A DNA stretch of 64,000 nt from Candidatus Cryptoclostridium obscurum (GTDB taxonomy: Bacteria; Bacillota; Dehalobacteriia; UBA7702). How positions within the stretch are numbered: position 1 is the first letter of the stretch; every line of letters starts with the position of its first letter. Where the stretch lies: the NCBI GenBank assembly GCA_904420535.1, contig CAJFVQ010000038.1, positions 8,539 to 72,538 on the forward strand, in the 5' to 3' direction. Both the position numbers and the translations under genes were made by a program. Under the pieces are notes generated by a model. The model was not told where the DNA came from. It was given only the letters and a program-made list of their open reading frames with translations, and did no database searches. This document shows positions 7,041-17,590 of this stretch, piece after piece.

Positions 7041-8918
7041 ATGTATGATATTTTGGGGCAAATCAACAGTCCCGATGATGTAAAAAAACTAAATTCTGCG
7101 GAACTGACTTCTCTGGCGAAGGAACTCCGACAGTTTATGATCGAGCATGTTTCCAAAACAGGTGGCCATCTTGCCCCAAGTTTGGGCGTAGTTGAATTGG
7201 TATTAGCTCTTTGCAGAGTTTTTGATTTTCCGCGGGATCGTTTGATTTTTGATGTAGGCCATCAATGTTATGCTTACAAGATTTTAACTGGAAGGCGCGA
7301 TGAGTTTGCTACTCTACGCCAAACTGACGGTATCAGCGGTTTCCCAAAAAGCGAAGAAAGCGAATATGATGCTTTCAATACAGGACACAGCAGTACTTCA
7401 ATTTCCGCTGGATATGGTATGGCTGTTGCCCGAGATTTACAAGGGGAAGATTATCATGTAATCAGCATCATTGGCGATGGTGCTTTAACCGGAGGAATGG
7501 CTTTTGAAGCTTTAAATAATGCTGGCAGCAGCGGAAAAAATTTTATTGTGATTCTAAACGATAATGCCATGTCCATTTCGCAAAACGTTGGCGCTATTGC
7601 AGATTATTTGAGCCGTTTTCGAACGGCTCCGCAATATGAACGAAGAAAACGAGCCGCAGAACGCTTTTTTAATCGTTCCTCTTTTGGGCAGCGAATTTTT
7701 GGTCGTTTACGTCGCATTAAAGATAGTTTGAAATATCTTGTCGTGCAAGGGGTTATATTTGAAGAGTTTGGTTTTACCTATCTTGGTCCCATCGACGGTC
7801 ATAACATCGATATGATGCAATCATATCTCAAAATCGCCAAAAATTTAAATGGCCCTGTTTTGCTCCATGTTCATACCAAGAAAGGACGAGGGTATCTTCC
7901 TTCGGAAACGGATCCCGATCGCTTCCACGGTATTGCTCCATTTGACCCTGAAAGTGGAAAATTGGTTCAAAAAGGACCTAAGAAGTTGACATTCAGTCAA
8001 AGCTTCGGCGATACTTTGTTGGAAATGGCATCTTCCGATGAGAAAATATGTGCCATTACTGCTGCTATGCCCAGCGGTACAGGTCTATGTCCTTTTGCCG
8101 ATACATTCCCCAACCGCTTTTTTGACGTTGGAATTGCAGAACAACATGGAGTAACCTTTGCTGCTGGTTTAGCGAAAGCCGGAATGCACCCTGTCGTTGC
8201 CATTTATTCATCCTTTTTGCAACGTGGATTTGACCAGGTATTCCATGACGTTTGTTTGCAGTCGCTGCCGGTGATCTTGGGGGTTGATCGTGCCGGGATT
8301 GTGGGCGAAGATGGGGAAACCCATCAAGGTATTTACGATATTGCATATTTGCGAATTTTACCAAATATGACACTAATGGCCCCCTCAACTCATAATGAGA
8401 TGGTTGATATGTTGCGTTTTGCAAAAGAATTAAACGCTCCGTGTGCATTGCGCTATCCAAGAGGTAATGTTTTAGAGTGGGACAAAGAGTTGGATTTACC
8501 TCCCCTTGTGTTGGGGCGAGGAGTATTTGTTTATGAAGGGAAAGACGTCATGCTGGTTCCTTTGGGAACCATGATGGAAGAGGCATTAAAAGTCCGGGAA
8601 TTTTTGGAAGAACGGGGAATTTCAACAGGCGTTTTCAATCCACGGTTTGTGAAGCCTTTGGATCATGATGCTTTGCGTCACATCGGCATTTCTTATAATT
8701 TAGTCGTTACTATGGAAGACCATGTAATCAATGGAGGGTTCGGCTCCGCTGTTGGTGAATACTATCATGAACAGGAAATAGACAGTGATCTTCTTTCCAT
8801 AGCTCTTCCCGACCATCCGGTCAAACAGGGAAAGAGAGAAGAAATCTTCAAAAAATACCAAATGGATGCAGAATCCATTACCGAACGCATTGTAAAACGT
8901 TTGGAGGAAAAACGATGA
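7041..8918 (+). CDS. dxs: 1-deoxy-D-xylulose-5-phosphate synthase
   Basis: GGHLAPSLGVVEL, the TPP motif IIGDGALTGGMAFEALNN and a transketolase-like C-terminus. 625 aa. Confidence 0.96.
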   Translation: MYDILGQINSPDDVKKLNSAELTSLAKELRQFMIEHVSKTGGHLAPSLGVVELVLALCRVFDFPRDRLIFDVGHQCYAYKILTGRRDEFATLRQTDGISGFPKSEESEYDAFNTGHSSTSISAGYGMAVARDLQGEDYHVISIIGDGALTGGMAFEALNNAGSSGKNFIVILNDNAMSISQNVGAIADYLSRFRTAPQYERRKRAAERFFNRSSFGQRIFGRLRRIKDSLKYLVVQGVIFEEFGFTYLGPIDGHNIDMMQSYLKIAKNLNGPVLLHVHTKKGRGYLPSETDPDRFHGIAPFDPESGKLVQKGPKKLTFSQSFGDTLLEMASSDEKICAITAAMPSGTGLCPFADTFPNRFFDVGIAEQHGVTFAAGLAKAGMHPVVAIYSSFLQRGFDQVFHDVCLQSLPVILGVDRAGIVGEDGETHQGIYDIAYLRILPNMTLMAPSTHNEMVDMLRFAKELNAPCALRYPRGNVLEWDKELDLPPLVLGRGVFVYEGKDVMLVPLGTMMEEALKVREFLEERGISTGVFNPRFVKPLDHDALRHIGISYNLVVTMEDHVINGGFGSAVGEYYHEQEIDSDLLSIALPDHPVKQGKREEIFKKYQMDAESITERIVKRLEEKR

Positions 8919-9706
8919 AGAAACGTTTGGATCAAATTTTGATGGAGCGTAATTTATTTCCCTCCCGGGAAAAAGCGCGCTCTGCCATTATGACAGGACG
9001 AATTCTCATCAAAGGTAAGAAGGAGACAAAGGCTGGAACCATGGTTCCGGAAGATGCTGTGATTGAAATGATAGGCAATGATTTGCCTTATGTCAGTCGC
9101 GGTGGACTAAAGTTAGAAAAGGCTGTTGATTGTTATCAACTGGATTTTAAAGGGAAAATTGTCTTGGATATTGGCGCGTCGACCGGTGGTTTTACGGATT
9201 GTTCTTTGCAAAACGGCGCTGCAAAAGTTTATGCCGTGGATGTGGGCTACGGTCAGCTGGCGTGGTCGCTTCGGAATGATGATAGGGTAATCGTTCTGGA
9301 AAAAACGAACGCCCGTTACTTATCTAAAGAGCAAATTCCGGAACCGGTGGACTACATTGTAATTGACGCGTCTTTTATTTCGCAAAAAAAACTGATCCCA
9401 AACTTGCTCCAATTCATGAAAGACGACACTTGCTTTATCACATTAATTAAACCGCAGTTTGAGGCGGGACGTGAGCAAGTAGGGAAAAAAGGAGTTGTGC
9501 GAGATCCTTCTATCCATATCGAAGTAATCACAGACCTTGTTTCCTTTTTTCATCAACAGGGACTGGCAATACGCGGATTAACATATTCTCCCATCAAAGG
9601 GCCGGAAGGAAATCGGGAATATTTGGTAATTCTCGAAAAAGGGGACGCAGTTGTTACAGCATACGAGATTTCATCTATTGTAAATGAAGCCTTCGAAACT
9701 GTATAA
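8915..9706 (+). CDS. tlyA: TlyA family rRNA (cytidine-2'-O)-methyltransferase
   Basis: N-terminal S4-like domain (RLDQILMERNLFPSREKA), FtsJ-type SAM motif LDIGASTGGFTD. Overlaps the dxs stop. Confidence 0.9.
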   Translation: MKKRLDQILMERNLFPSREKARSAIMTGRILIKGKKETKAGTMVPEDAVIEMIGNDLPYVSRGGLKLEKAVDCYQLDFKGKIVLDIGASTGGFTDCSLQNGAAKVYAVDVGYGQLAWSLRNDDRVIVLEKTNARYLSKEQIPEPVDYIVIDASFISQKKLIPNLLQFMKDDTCFITLIKPQFEAGREQVGKKGVVRDPSIHIEVITDLVSFFHQQGLAIRGLTYSPIKGPEGNREYLVILEKGDAVVTAYEISSIVNEAFETV

Positions 9707-9785
9707 AAAATTTTAGCATGAATATTCATCTACCTATTTACAGCAGGATGTTTTCGTTGTATATTATATATAGAGGTAACGGAAA

Positions 9786-10646
9786 ATGCGGAAAATCTGT
9801 GTTTTATCCAATTTGAGCAAAAACGGTGTACTAGATCAAGAAAGAGAAATTGTGAGCTGGTTAGAAGATCGTGAAGTAGATGTGCTCACTCCCGCCCATC
9901 CTTATGATGTTTTGGATCAGGATTTCCTCTTTCAGTATTTTGAAGGTGTTGCTTCTCAATGCGAGGCGGTACTCGTTTTAGGAGGCGATGGCACGTTATT
10001 GTCCGTAGCGCGCCAGGCCGCTTACTATAGTCTCCCTCTATTGGGTATTAATATGGGTCGTATTGGATTTTTGGCCGAATTGGAACAAGGGAAGGAACTT
10101 TTTCTCTCTCTGGAACGTATGCTGAATAAAGACTTTTTTCTGGAAGATCGTATGATGCTCCAGGTCAGTATCCGATGCAATGGCAGGAAATGGAAAACAT
10201 ATCACTGCCTTAATGATGGAGTGATTTTAAAAGATGATCGCTCCGGTCTGATCGAAATTACAGCATATATTGATGGTCGAGAATCCGTTTCATACCATGC
10301 AGACGGCATTATCGTAGCGACTCCGACCGGCGCCTCAGGTTATTCCTTATCTGCGAATGGTCCTTTGGTGTCTCCGGAGATGGAAGCGATTATCATAACA
10401 CCGATTTGCGCCCAATCCCTTTATAGTCGTCCTGTTGTGGCCGGCGCCGACCGTGTGATTACTGTGAAAACCAAAGTTTCGGAAGGCGGATGTTATCTGA
10501 GTATCGACGGGAAAACCGCTACTGTGCCATTGGCAGAGGGAGATGAGATTTTTTTTGAAAAATCTTCTATGAAAACTGTTTTTATCCGTCTGAACGGTAA
10601 AACGTTTTTTGATGTCTTGAATGAAAAATTGCGCGGTAGAAGATAG
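9786..10646 (+). CDS. nadK: NAD kinase
   Basis: GGDGTLL motif, plus NDGVI and ATPTGASGYSLSANGP motifs. Confidence 0.93.
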   Translation: MRKICVLSNLSKNGVLDQEREIVSWLEDREVDVLTPAHPYDVLDQDFLFQYFEGVASQCEAVLVLGGDGTLLSVARQAAYYSLPLLGINMGRIGFLAELEQGKELFLSLERMLNKDFFLEDRMMLQVSIRCNGRKWKTYHCLNDGVILKDDRSGLIEITAYIDGRESVSYHADGIIVATPTGASGYSLSANGPLVSPEMEAIIITPICAQSLYSRPVVAGADRVITVKTKVSEGGCYLSIDGKTATVPLAEGDEIFFEKSSMKTVFIRLNGKTFFDVLNEKLRGRR

Positions 10647-10737
10647 CGCTTTAGGGACAATTCCGAGACCCTTGGTAGTATTGTAATATGAAAATACTTG
10701 TTGTTAATGTTAAAAGCTTTGGCTGTGATGACTTGCG

Positions 10738-11301
10738 ATGAGAATACAAAAAACTGTTGTAGAAATGATCCATGACACCTTAGATTTTGTAGTAAATCAA
10801 GGAGATATTGTGGTTGATGCCACTGCGGGAAATGGTCATGACACATTGAAACTTGCGGAACTTGTAGGGGAAGATGGTCATGTCTATGCCTTTGATATCC
10901 AGCAAACAGCTTTAGATCACACCAAAGAGCGTCTGGCGGAAGCAGACTTTTTGCAAAGAGTAACCTTGTTACATTTGGATCATAGTATTATGGATACGGT
11001 GATAAAAGAAAAAATTGCTGCCGTTGTGTTCAATTTAGGATATTTGCCCGGTGGGAGTCATCAAATTATTACGGAGCCACGGAAAACCATTACCGCCTTG
11101 GAACATAGTTTGGAATTACTTCAATCCGGCGGTGTAATATTAATCGGGGTTTATTGGGGCCACCCCGGAGGAGAGATCGAAAAAAATGCAGTGGAGCAGT
11201 GGCTTCGCCAATTGCCTGCCGCAGATTATGACATCATGGAGACATCTTTTCCCAATCGACAAAAAGCGCCAATTGTAATCACATTGCAAAAGAAATGTTA
11301 A
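10738..11301 (+). CDS. Class I SAM-dependent methyltransferase, YtqB/MnmM-like
   Basis: GDIVVDATAGNGHDTLKLAELVG...VYAFDIQ matches the YtqB-type putative rRNA/tRNA methylase family. ATG 10765 is an alternative start. Confidence 0.75.
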   Translation: MRIQKTVVEMIHDTLDFVVNQGDIVVDATAGNGHDTLKLAELVGEDGHVYAFDIQQTALDHTKERLAEADFLQRVTLLHLDHSIMDTVIKEKIAAVVFNLGYLPGGSHQIITEPRKTITALEHSLELLQSGGVILIGVYWGHPGGEIEKNAVEQWLRQLPAADYDIMETSFPNRQKAPIVITLQKKC

Positions 11302-11313
11302 GGGAGAAATAAA

Positions 11314-11772
11314 ATGGGAACGAAAGCATCGCGACAGAAGATGATTCAAAAAATTATTGAAAAGGATGAAATCAGCACGCAGTTTGATTTGGCAGAACAA
11401 TTAAAAAAACATGGTTTCAATGTTACTCAGGCTACGGTTTCTCGCGATATTAAGGAAATCGGATTGATTAAAATTCCAATTGAGGGTAACCTTTCAAAAT
11501 ACAGCATGCCCGTGAATATTTCTATGGGAAATATCGCGGAACGTATGCGCCGTATGTTTATGGATAACGCTGTGTCGATTAATAGTGCGGAAAATATTAT
11601 TGTGATCAAAACATTACCCGGGACTGCCCAAGGTCTGGCTGCTTGTCTTGATCAAAGTAACTGGCCAGAAATCATTGGAACCATTGCTGGTGATGATACC
11701 ATAATGCTGGTAATTAAAGAAAAAAACCTTGTTGACAGTATCATGAAAAAATTTGATACCTTGATTAACTGA
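11314..11772 (+). CDS. argR: Arginine repressor
   Basis: RQKMIQKIIEKDEISTQFDLAEQLKKHGFNVTQATVSRDIKEIGL winged-helix domain; C-terminal GTIAGDDTIM arginine-binding motif. Confidence 0.93.
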   Translation: MGTKASRQKMIQKIIEKDEISTQFDLAEQLKKHGFNVTQATVSRDIKEIGLIKIPIEGNLSKYSMPVNISMGNIAERMRRMFMDNAVSINSAENIIVIKTLPGTAQGLAACLDQSNWPEIIGTIAGDDTIMLVIKEKNLVDSIMKKFDTLIN

Positions 11773-11791
11773 GTTACAAATGGAGGGAGAA

Positions 11792-13450
11792 ATGTTAGCG
11801 GAGCTTTATGTGAAAAACTTTGCTCTCATTGAAAACCTGCAAATTGAATTTCATGACGGATTGAATGTGATCACCGGGGAAACTGGTGCCGGAAAATCAC
11901 TTCTTACTGATGCCGTAGGCCTTTTGATGGGGGGCAGGGCAGATAAAGAGTTTATCCGTTACGGATGCGCAAGGGCTTTGGTAGAGGGTACTTTTACCGG
12001 CCCTTTTTCTGCTTCCCTCAATGATTTGCTGACAGAGAATGATATGAATGACGATGTCATTGTAATTTGTAGAGAAATTAGCGCGGAAGGAAAAAACCTT
12101 TGTCGTATTAACGGGCGCCGTGTCAGTCTTGGTTTTTTATCATCTTTGGTGCCTGGGCTGATGAATATGCACAGCCAAACGGAACATTTTTATCTGCTCC
12201 ATGAAGATCATCAACTTTCCTTGTTGGATCGTTTTGGCGGCGAGGAAATTATAAAAGCAAAAGATACACTATCATCGGCTTATCATCTTTGGCAAACTGC
12301 TGCAAATAAGCGTAAGGAATTGGAACAAAAGAACGAAGATCGTGAAAAAGAAATGGATTTTTTGCGATTTCGCATCAACGAATTACGGGAACTTGCGTTG
12401 GAGCCTGGCGAGGAAGAATCTTTACGACATGAGATTGCGCTCTTAAGTACCAGTGATCGCCGTTTTAGCGAGAGCGATACAATTTATCGTGCGCTTTCCG
12501 ATGCTACGGAATCCCTTTATCATGCCATGGAATCTGCCAAGCGCGCTTGCGATTTTGATGCTGATTTGGCAGAGTCGGCGGAATCTTTAACGGAATCTTA
12601 TTATAATATAGAAGATGCCTGCGAATTTTATCGACAATATCGTGACAGAATTGATTCTGATCCCTTAAGACTAAACGAAGCAGAGGAACGCCTGGATCGC
12701 ATTTTGCGTATGGGGAAAAAATATCACAGCGACTGCGACGGTATGATTGCATTGCTGTCATCTATGGAACAGGATTTGGCGACATTTGAAGATTTTGATG
12801 ACAATCTTACACGATTGCGCAAAGAAGAAGATGATGCTTACGCTCAAGTATTGCTCAAAGCCGATGCCTTATCGGAACTTCGTGCATCTGCAGCTGAGCG
12901 GTTAAGCAAATTGATTTTAGATGAGATTCAAAGTCTTATGCTGCCTGATGCAGTTTTTAACATAAAGCTGGATAAACAATCAATGACTAAGGAAGGACAA
13001 GATCGCGTCACTTTTATGATTAGCATGAATAAAGGGGAGCAACAAAAGCCCTTATCAAAAGTGGCCTCCGGCGGAGAAATGTCACGTATCCTTTTGGGGA
13101 TGAAGGTGATTTTAGCTCAGATGGATCAGGTTGGCACGATGATATTTGATGAAATTGACAGTGGGCTAGGTGGCAAAACCGCTACCAAGGTTGGTGAAAA
13201 GTTGCGCCGCTTGTCACGGGAAATTCAAGTATTTTCTGTGACTCATTCCGCGATTGTAGCAGCGTGTGCCGATTATCACTACCGTATTGAAAAACATGAC
13301 GAAGGAGCGCGTACCGTTACCACCATATCAGAATTGGATAGCGATGCTAGAAAAAGAGAAATTGCTCGAATGCTTTCAGGAAACGAGACCAGCGAGGTTT
13401 CACTTTCCCAAGCAGAATCTCTGATTGAGACAATGTCACACTATGATTAA
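11792..13450 (+). CDS. recN: DNA repair protein RecN
   Basis: Walker A GETGAGKS, long coiled-coil, C-terminal ASGGEMSRILL signature and FDEIDSG Walker B. Start set at ATG 11792, after GGAGGG. Confidence 0.94.
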   Translation: MLAELYVKNFALIENLQIEFHDGLNVITGETGAGKSLLTDAVGLLMGGRADKEFIRYGCARALVEGTFTGPFSASLNDLLTENDMNDDVIVICREISAEGKNLCRINGRRVSLGFLSSLVPGLMNMHSQTEHFYLLHEDHQLSLLDRFGGEEIIKAKDTLSSAYHLWQTAANKRKELEQKNEDREKEMDFLRFRINELRELALEPGEEESLRHEIALLSTSDRRFSESDTIYRALSDATESLYHAMESAKRACDFDADLAESAESLTESYYNIEDACEFYRQYRDRIDSDPLRLNEAEERLDRILRMGKKYHSDCDGMIALLSSMEQDLATFEDFDDNLTRLRKEEDDAYAQVLLKADALSELRASAAERLSKLILDEIQSLMLPDAVFNIKLDKQSMTKEGQDRVTFMISMNKGEQQKPLSKVASGGEMSRILLGMKVILAQMDQVGTMIFDEIDSGLGGKTATKVGEKLRRLSREIQVFSVTHSAIVAACADYHYRIEKHDEGARTVTTISELDSDARKREIARMLSGNETSEVSLSQAESLIETMSHYD

Positions 13451-13503
13451 TTAGAAAAGGATTATTTATACGTCCTTTTTCGGATTTCGGAATATTAAAA
13501 TAG

Positions 13504-13536
13504 AAAAAACGGACTGTTTCCAGTCCGTTTTTTTTT
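13504..13536. terminator. Bidirectional intrinsic terminator between convergent recN and the surface-protein gene
   Basis: AAAAAACGGACTG-TTTC-CAGTCCGTTTTTTTTT. The stem is flanked by an A-run and a T-run. Confidence 0.85.
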
Positions 13537-13587
13537 ATGAATGGATCAATTGACAATCATTTTTTGGTTGTGATAAAAAACAAAAAT

Positions 13588-16458
13588 TTAGCTACTGATA
13601 TTGTCATTCAATAAGTCTTCCTTTTTCAGTCTTTTATGATGAATGACCGCAGCAGTAATTATTCCTGCTGCTATAATCAACACAATGATGGAACCAATTA
13701 CAATCCAACGATGCTCCGACCAGAAAGAAGAAAGATGTTCCGAAACATTGCTTCCGCTGCTTTGAGAGCTTTGATCTTCATCCAGCAAAGAACCCGATTT
13801 TGCTCGTTTGGTAATAAAATAATCAGAGCAGTGGGTGATAATGAATCTTGTCGCGCCTGATTCTACCGTTACTTTATCAATATAGTCAGCTTTCATTTCT
13901 TCTACCAGATAGAAGAAAAGCAGATAATTCCCGTCTGTCAAAGACGTCTGCGGGATTTCAATGAGCGCTGCTCCCGGTATTTCACCTTCATGCATGAAGT
14001 GAATCATAAAAGGCTTTTCTGATAGTTCACGGATATTCTCTTCATTCTCACAATCCTTTTTGCCAAAGTAAATCTGCATATTAAAGTCCATAGGATTGGT
14101 AATATCCATGCCGTTAAACGTGATGGTATAAGCTTCGCCGTTTTCTGTAGTGCCATCAAGGATAAGATTAACATTTTGTCCTTGGATTTCCTCAAAAACA
14201 GACTTGGGAACGATGCCGTTGGAAAAATCAGCACTGCTGTATTGACGCATATGTTTGGATACTTTTTTCTGCGTGAGAATATAGTCTCCGCCGCGGTTCG
14301 CTTCAAAAGTCGCTCGCATATTTTTGAGCGACACCGGCATTTGCTCAAAATCATTTTGTGAGGCATTGTAATAATACATGGAGTAGTTGCTGCCGGTCAA
14401 ATCTACACTGAGTGTTACCGTTGCTTTACCGGGAAACTCTCCCTGGTGAGGAAAGTTTATGTAGTAAGCGTCGGAAACATAATTACGAATTATTTCACCA
14501 TTGGACGGCGCCGTAAGAATCCTGGCATCAAAGTTCATTGGTTTGCTGATGTCGGTACCTTTGAATGTGATAGTATAGGCATATTTATTATCACATACCC
14601 CGGTTATGGTATATTCCAAATCTTTTCCTGCAATCAGTTCAAATACTTCTTTGATAACAGTATTGTTTTGGAGTCCCTCGATAATTTTACGAGCAAGGAG
14701 TAAGTCACTGCTATGCTCCAAACTGTTTTGCTCTGTCTCAGAAAGCTCCAGATAGCGCTGATAAAGAGCGTTTACCGTATCTGCGTCACTGAGACGAATA
14801 TTGATAGGATTGATTAATGCGGCGATATCTTCGTCAAGTTTTTTTGCTGCATCAGTTTGTGTATTGCCGGGTTGGGGGTTATTGGGTGTTGTTTGGTTGG
14901 ATAATTCTTCAAGTTCATTCAAAAGAATTTGAAGCTTACCACGGTTGGTAATTTGCGATTTGTCGCTACTATTTAGCAGGTTGTACTTTTGGGCCGTGTT
15001 ATAGATAGTTTCCAAATCTTCCATTGTCGCTGTTTCGGGCAATTGCTCAATTTCTGTGATGATGGCTTCGATTTTCTGGGCGCTAACGTTGGATTCTTCT
15101 CGATAATCATACAGAGGTCGAAGACCGTTGACATAACGATAATAAGCCACCAAGGCATAACGTGCTTGATCTGTTGCAATATTGTTGCTTTGGCCGGCTG
15201 TGGATGAAGCGTGGATAAAACCGCCGTCACTGCTGTTGTAAAAATTCATGAGACCATCCAATACTGTTTTGCCGTTCCTGCTGATAAATCTTTGATCCGT
15301 AAGGGGATCGATATGAAATGCACATAAGGCAATCAATACTTGGGCAGTGCTTTCTGCATTTGCCACGGAACCGTTGCCATATCCGCCATTGTCCAGCTGG
15401 ATTTCTGAAAGGAGGGCGAAAGCTTCATCTACAATTGTTTTCACGGTTTTTCCGTTAGAATATACAGTTTCGGAATCGTAGTAAGGGACCAATGCTTGCA
15501 GTACAATAGCGGTAATATCAGGATCGCTGGAATTTCCGGATAAAGCAAAACCTCCATCTGCAAGTTGTTTTGAAATGAGATATTCTAGAATTGATTCCCG
15601 CGTAGTTGTAGCTTCTGTCGGAACCTCATACTGTTTACAGTCTAGGGCGATTAGACCGTAAGCTGCGGCGTTGATTCCTTGTTTCCACATTGGTGTCATA
15701 ATACTACTGTATATTCCATCTGCAAGTAAATTAACGGCCGCACCGTTGCTGTCACTGCCAAAAGATTTAGGGTTTCCTCCCAAAGCTGCCAATGAAAGAA
15801 TAGGACGTTGATATTCAGTGGCGGCAATATCGCTGAGAAATCCATTATTAACATATTTTTTTGTGACATAGTTTTCCAAACTTTGAAGGTAGGACTCTGT
15901 GTCATCGGGATAACCGAACCTTGCAATTCCCAACGCTAGCCAGTCGCATTCTGTTTGTCCAACGGCAGTCAGTGCATTTTCATTGAAAGCGTAAAATTGA
16001 TCTTGTTTTGCCCAATCAATCGTGTTTTTAATAGCATTTTCCAAATGATCCGTTAAATTGTTGACAGGGCGAAGTGATGAAGTGGTTGCCGTATGATCGG
16101 AATTCGAATCACTCTCCGTCGTTTCTTCTTCATTATCAATCGCGGCTTGTGATGCAGTGATCACTTGATCCGTAATATTATTGTAGCCTGATAAATAGGA
16201 ACGAATTTGCAGTTCCGTAAGACCGGCACTGTAAATATAAGCATGGGAAGTTCGATTGGCCAGTTCATCATATTCTACGTCCCAGATAAAGTGTCCACGT
16301 TCCATCATTACCTGTTGTAGTGTTTGTGCATTGGTCGTGCGTTCTGTTTGCTCCTCATCGCGGGGCGGATTGGAACTTGCATCATCATTACCGCTGCATC
16401 CCGTAAAAACAAAACACAATATCACAAATATCGCTGCAATTAAAGAGCGCTTTTTCAT
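13588..16458 (-). CDS. Large cell-surface protein: lipoprotein signal, prenyltransferase/squalene-oxidase-like alpha/alpha-toroid repeats, two tandem beta-rich domains, C-terminal TM anchor
   Basis: Lipobox FVFTGC. Repeated Q/x-DGGF/NGGY...T-A-x-V/A-L motifs (ADGGFALSGNSSDPDITAIVLQAL, DNGGYGNG..AESTAQVLIAL, SDGGFIHASS). Duplicated domain of about 135 aa (AYTITFKGTDISKPMNFD / AYTITFNGMDITNPMDFN). TM helix WIVIGSIIVLIIAAGIITAAVI near the C-terminus. Confidence 0.85.
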   Translation of the reverse strand: MKKRSLIAAIFVILCFVFTGCSGNDDASSNPPRDEEQTERTTNAQTLQQVMMERGHFIWDVEYDELANRTSHAYIYSAGLTELQIRSYLSGYNNITDQVITASQAAIDNEEETTESDSNSDHTATTSSLRPVNNLTDHLENAIKNTIDWAKQDQFYAFNENALTAVGQTECDWLALGIARFGYPDDTESYLQSLENYVTKKYVNNGFLSDIAATEYQRPILSLAALGGNPKSFGSDSNGAAVNLLADGIYSSIMTPMWKQGINAAAYGLIALDCKQYEVPTEATTTRESILEYLISKQLADGGFALSGNSSDPDITAIVLQALVPYYDSETVYSNGKTVKTIVDEAFALLSEIQLDNGGYGNGSVANAESTAQVLIALCAFHIDPLTDQRFISRNGKTVLDGLMNFYNSSDGGFIHASSTAGQSNNIATDQARYALVAYYRYVNGLRPLYDYREESNVSAQKIEAIITEIEQLPETATMEDLETIYNTAQKYNLLNSSDKSQITNRGKLQILLNELEELSNQTTPNNPQPGNTQTDAAKKLDEDIAALINPINIRLSDADTVNALYQRYLELSETEQNSLEHSSDLLLARKIIEGLQNNTVIKEVFELIAGKDLEYTITGVCDNKYAYTITFKGTDISKPMNFDARILTAPSNGEIIRNYVSDAYYINFPHQGEFPGKATVTLSVDLTGSNYSMYYYNASQNDFEQMPVSLKNMRATFEANRGGDYILTQKKVSKHMRQYSSADFSNGIVPKSVFEEIQGQNVNLILDGTTENGEAYTITFNGMDITNPMDFNMQIYFGKKDCENEENIRELSEKPFMIHFMHEGEIPGAALIEIPQTSLTDGNYLLFFYLVEEMKADYIDKVTVESGATRFIITHCSDYFITKRAKSGSLLDEDQSSQSSGSNVSEHLSSFWSEHRWIVIGSIIVLIIAAGIITAAVIHHKRLKKEDLLNDNISS

Positions 16459-16643
16459 TCTTTCTCCTTCTTAATCCTTAGAAATAAGGGATGATACAAA
16501 ATACAGGGTGACAGCAATACCCCCCTAAAAACAGTGATTCCAAATTTGAATACCTTAAATTTTTATTTTGGCAAACATAGGTATCGGATGAACCTTTCTA
16601 GAAGGCATGGCAATGTGCTTGATGTCCTAAAATTTTTTAGGTG

Positions 16644-16672
16644 AATATAACGGCTTTGTGGTGAAAAGTCAA
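16644..16672 (-). promoter_or_regulatory. Promoter candidate for the 956-aa surface-protein gene
   Basis: On the minus strand: TTGACT (16667-16672), 17-nt spacer, TATATT (16644-16649). Leaves a leader of about 170 nt. Confidence 0.45.
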
Positions 16673-16692
16673 TTTGTTGATTTAAAACAAAT

Positions 16693-17442
16693 TTATTCAA
16701 TCCAGTATTGCCCCAAGTCTTCACCAAGATCACAGGTATAGTGCCATTCAATGACATCGCCATCTTGAACTTGGTACCGGCTGCAGCCATAATTGGGATA
16801 CCATCCATTAACGCTATACATCCAACCGCTCAATTCTCCGCAATCAAACTCGTAAAGATTATTAATTCCTTCAATATAATGGGAATTGTACATTGGCGTC
16901 CATGAGTATTCCATATGGATTTTATTATTTTGACATTCACGGAGCAGTACGTCAAAGACAGATTCACCTTCATAAAAAGTTACAGTTTGCTTTTTATAAA
17001 TCACCCCGTTTGAAGGTACAAGGCTTTCTTTGTTTGCGGTAAGATCTTCCATATTACTTAAAATCGTGGAGCACTCAATATATAATGTGCATGTATGGGG
17101 TTTCGATTTATCTACTGTGGTATCATCGGGCTCTACAGGTTTCGGTTTTCCTTCAGGAATGGGATCGGTATGATATTGATCTTGACCGGATTCCGCATTG
17201 TAAGAGGTGCTGCTTTCTGCATTGGAATACTTGTCATAATCGGCGTTACTATCACCAACGTCGTCGACGTCGATATAACCGTCATCGTTTTCTTCCTGAT
17301 TTGCATTTTCTTGAGTTTCTGTAGCGGCCACTTCTGTATCGGAATTTCCTTCCGCTGCATTTTCATTGCCACAGGATGTGAGCATCATACCTAAACTCAA
17401 GATCATAATTAACAGCAACAATAAGATGCTTTTGCGTTTCAT
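16693..17442 (-). CDS. DUF4430 (transcobalamin C-terminal-like) domain lipoprotein
   Basis: Start moved to ATG 17442, after GGAGGAGG. Signal plus lipobox MLTSCGN, acidic low-complexity linker, then C-terminal VTFYEGESVFDVL...GELSGWMYSVNGWYPNYGCSRYQVQDGDVIEWHYT, typical of DUF4430. Confidence 0.85.
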   Translation of the reverse strand: MKRKSILLLLLIMILSLGMMLTSCGNENAAEGNSDTEVAATETQENANQEENDDGYIDVDDVGDSNADYDKYSNAESSTSYNAESGQDQYHTDPIPEGKPKPVEPDDTTVDKSKPHTCTLYIECSTILSNMEDLTANKESLVPSNGVIYKKQTVTFYEGESVFDVLLRECQNNKIHMEYSWTPMYNSHYIEGINNLYEFDCGELSGWMYSVNGWYPNYGCSRYQVQDGDVIEWHYTCDLGEDLGQYWIE

Positions 17443-17482
17443 GTTCTGCCTCCTCCTTTTGACTCTCTTTGTTTTTAGCATG

Positions 17483-17515
17483 AAAAAACACAGATAGTGC
17501 TAATAACTATCTGTG
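17483..17515 (-). terminator. Intrinsic terminator inside the 5' leader of the DUF4430 lipoprotein gene (attenuator candidate)
   Basis: Minus strand reads CACAGATAG-TTATTAGCA-CTATCTGTG followed by TTTTTT, located between the predicted promoter and the SD. Confidence 0.6.
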
Positions 17516-17590
17516 CCAGTAATTACCGGCACAAAAAGATGCTGCCATCACGTTGTGCCGATCTCAGTGATGCAATTTTCGCTTGTTGAT

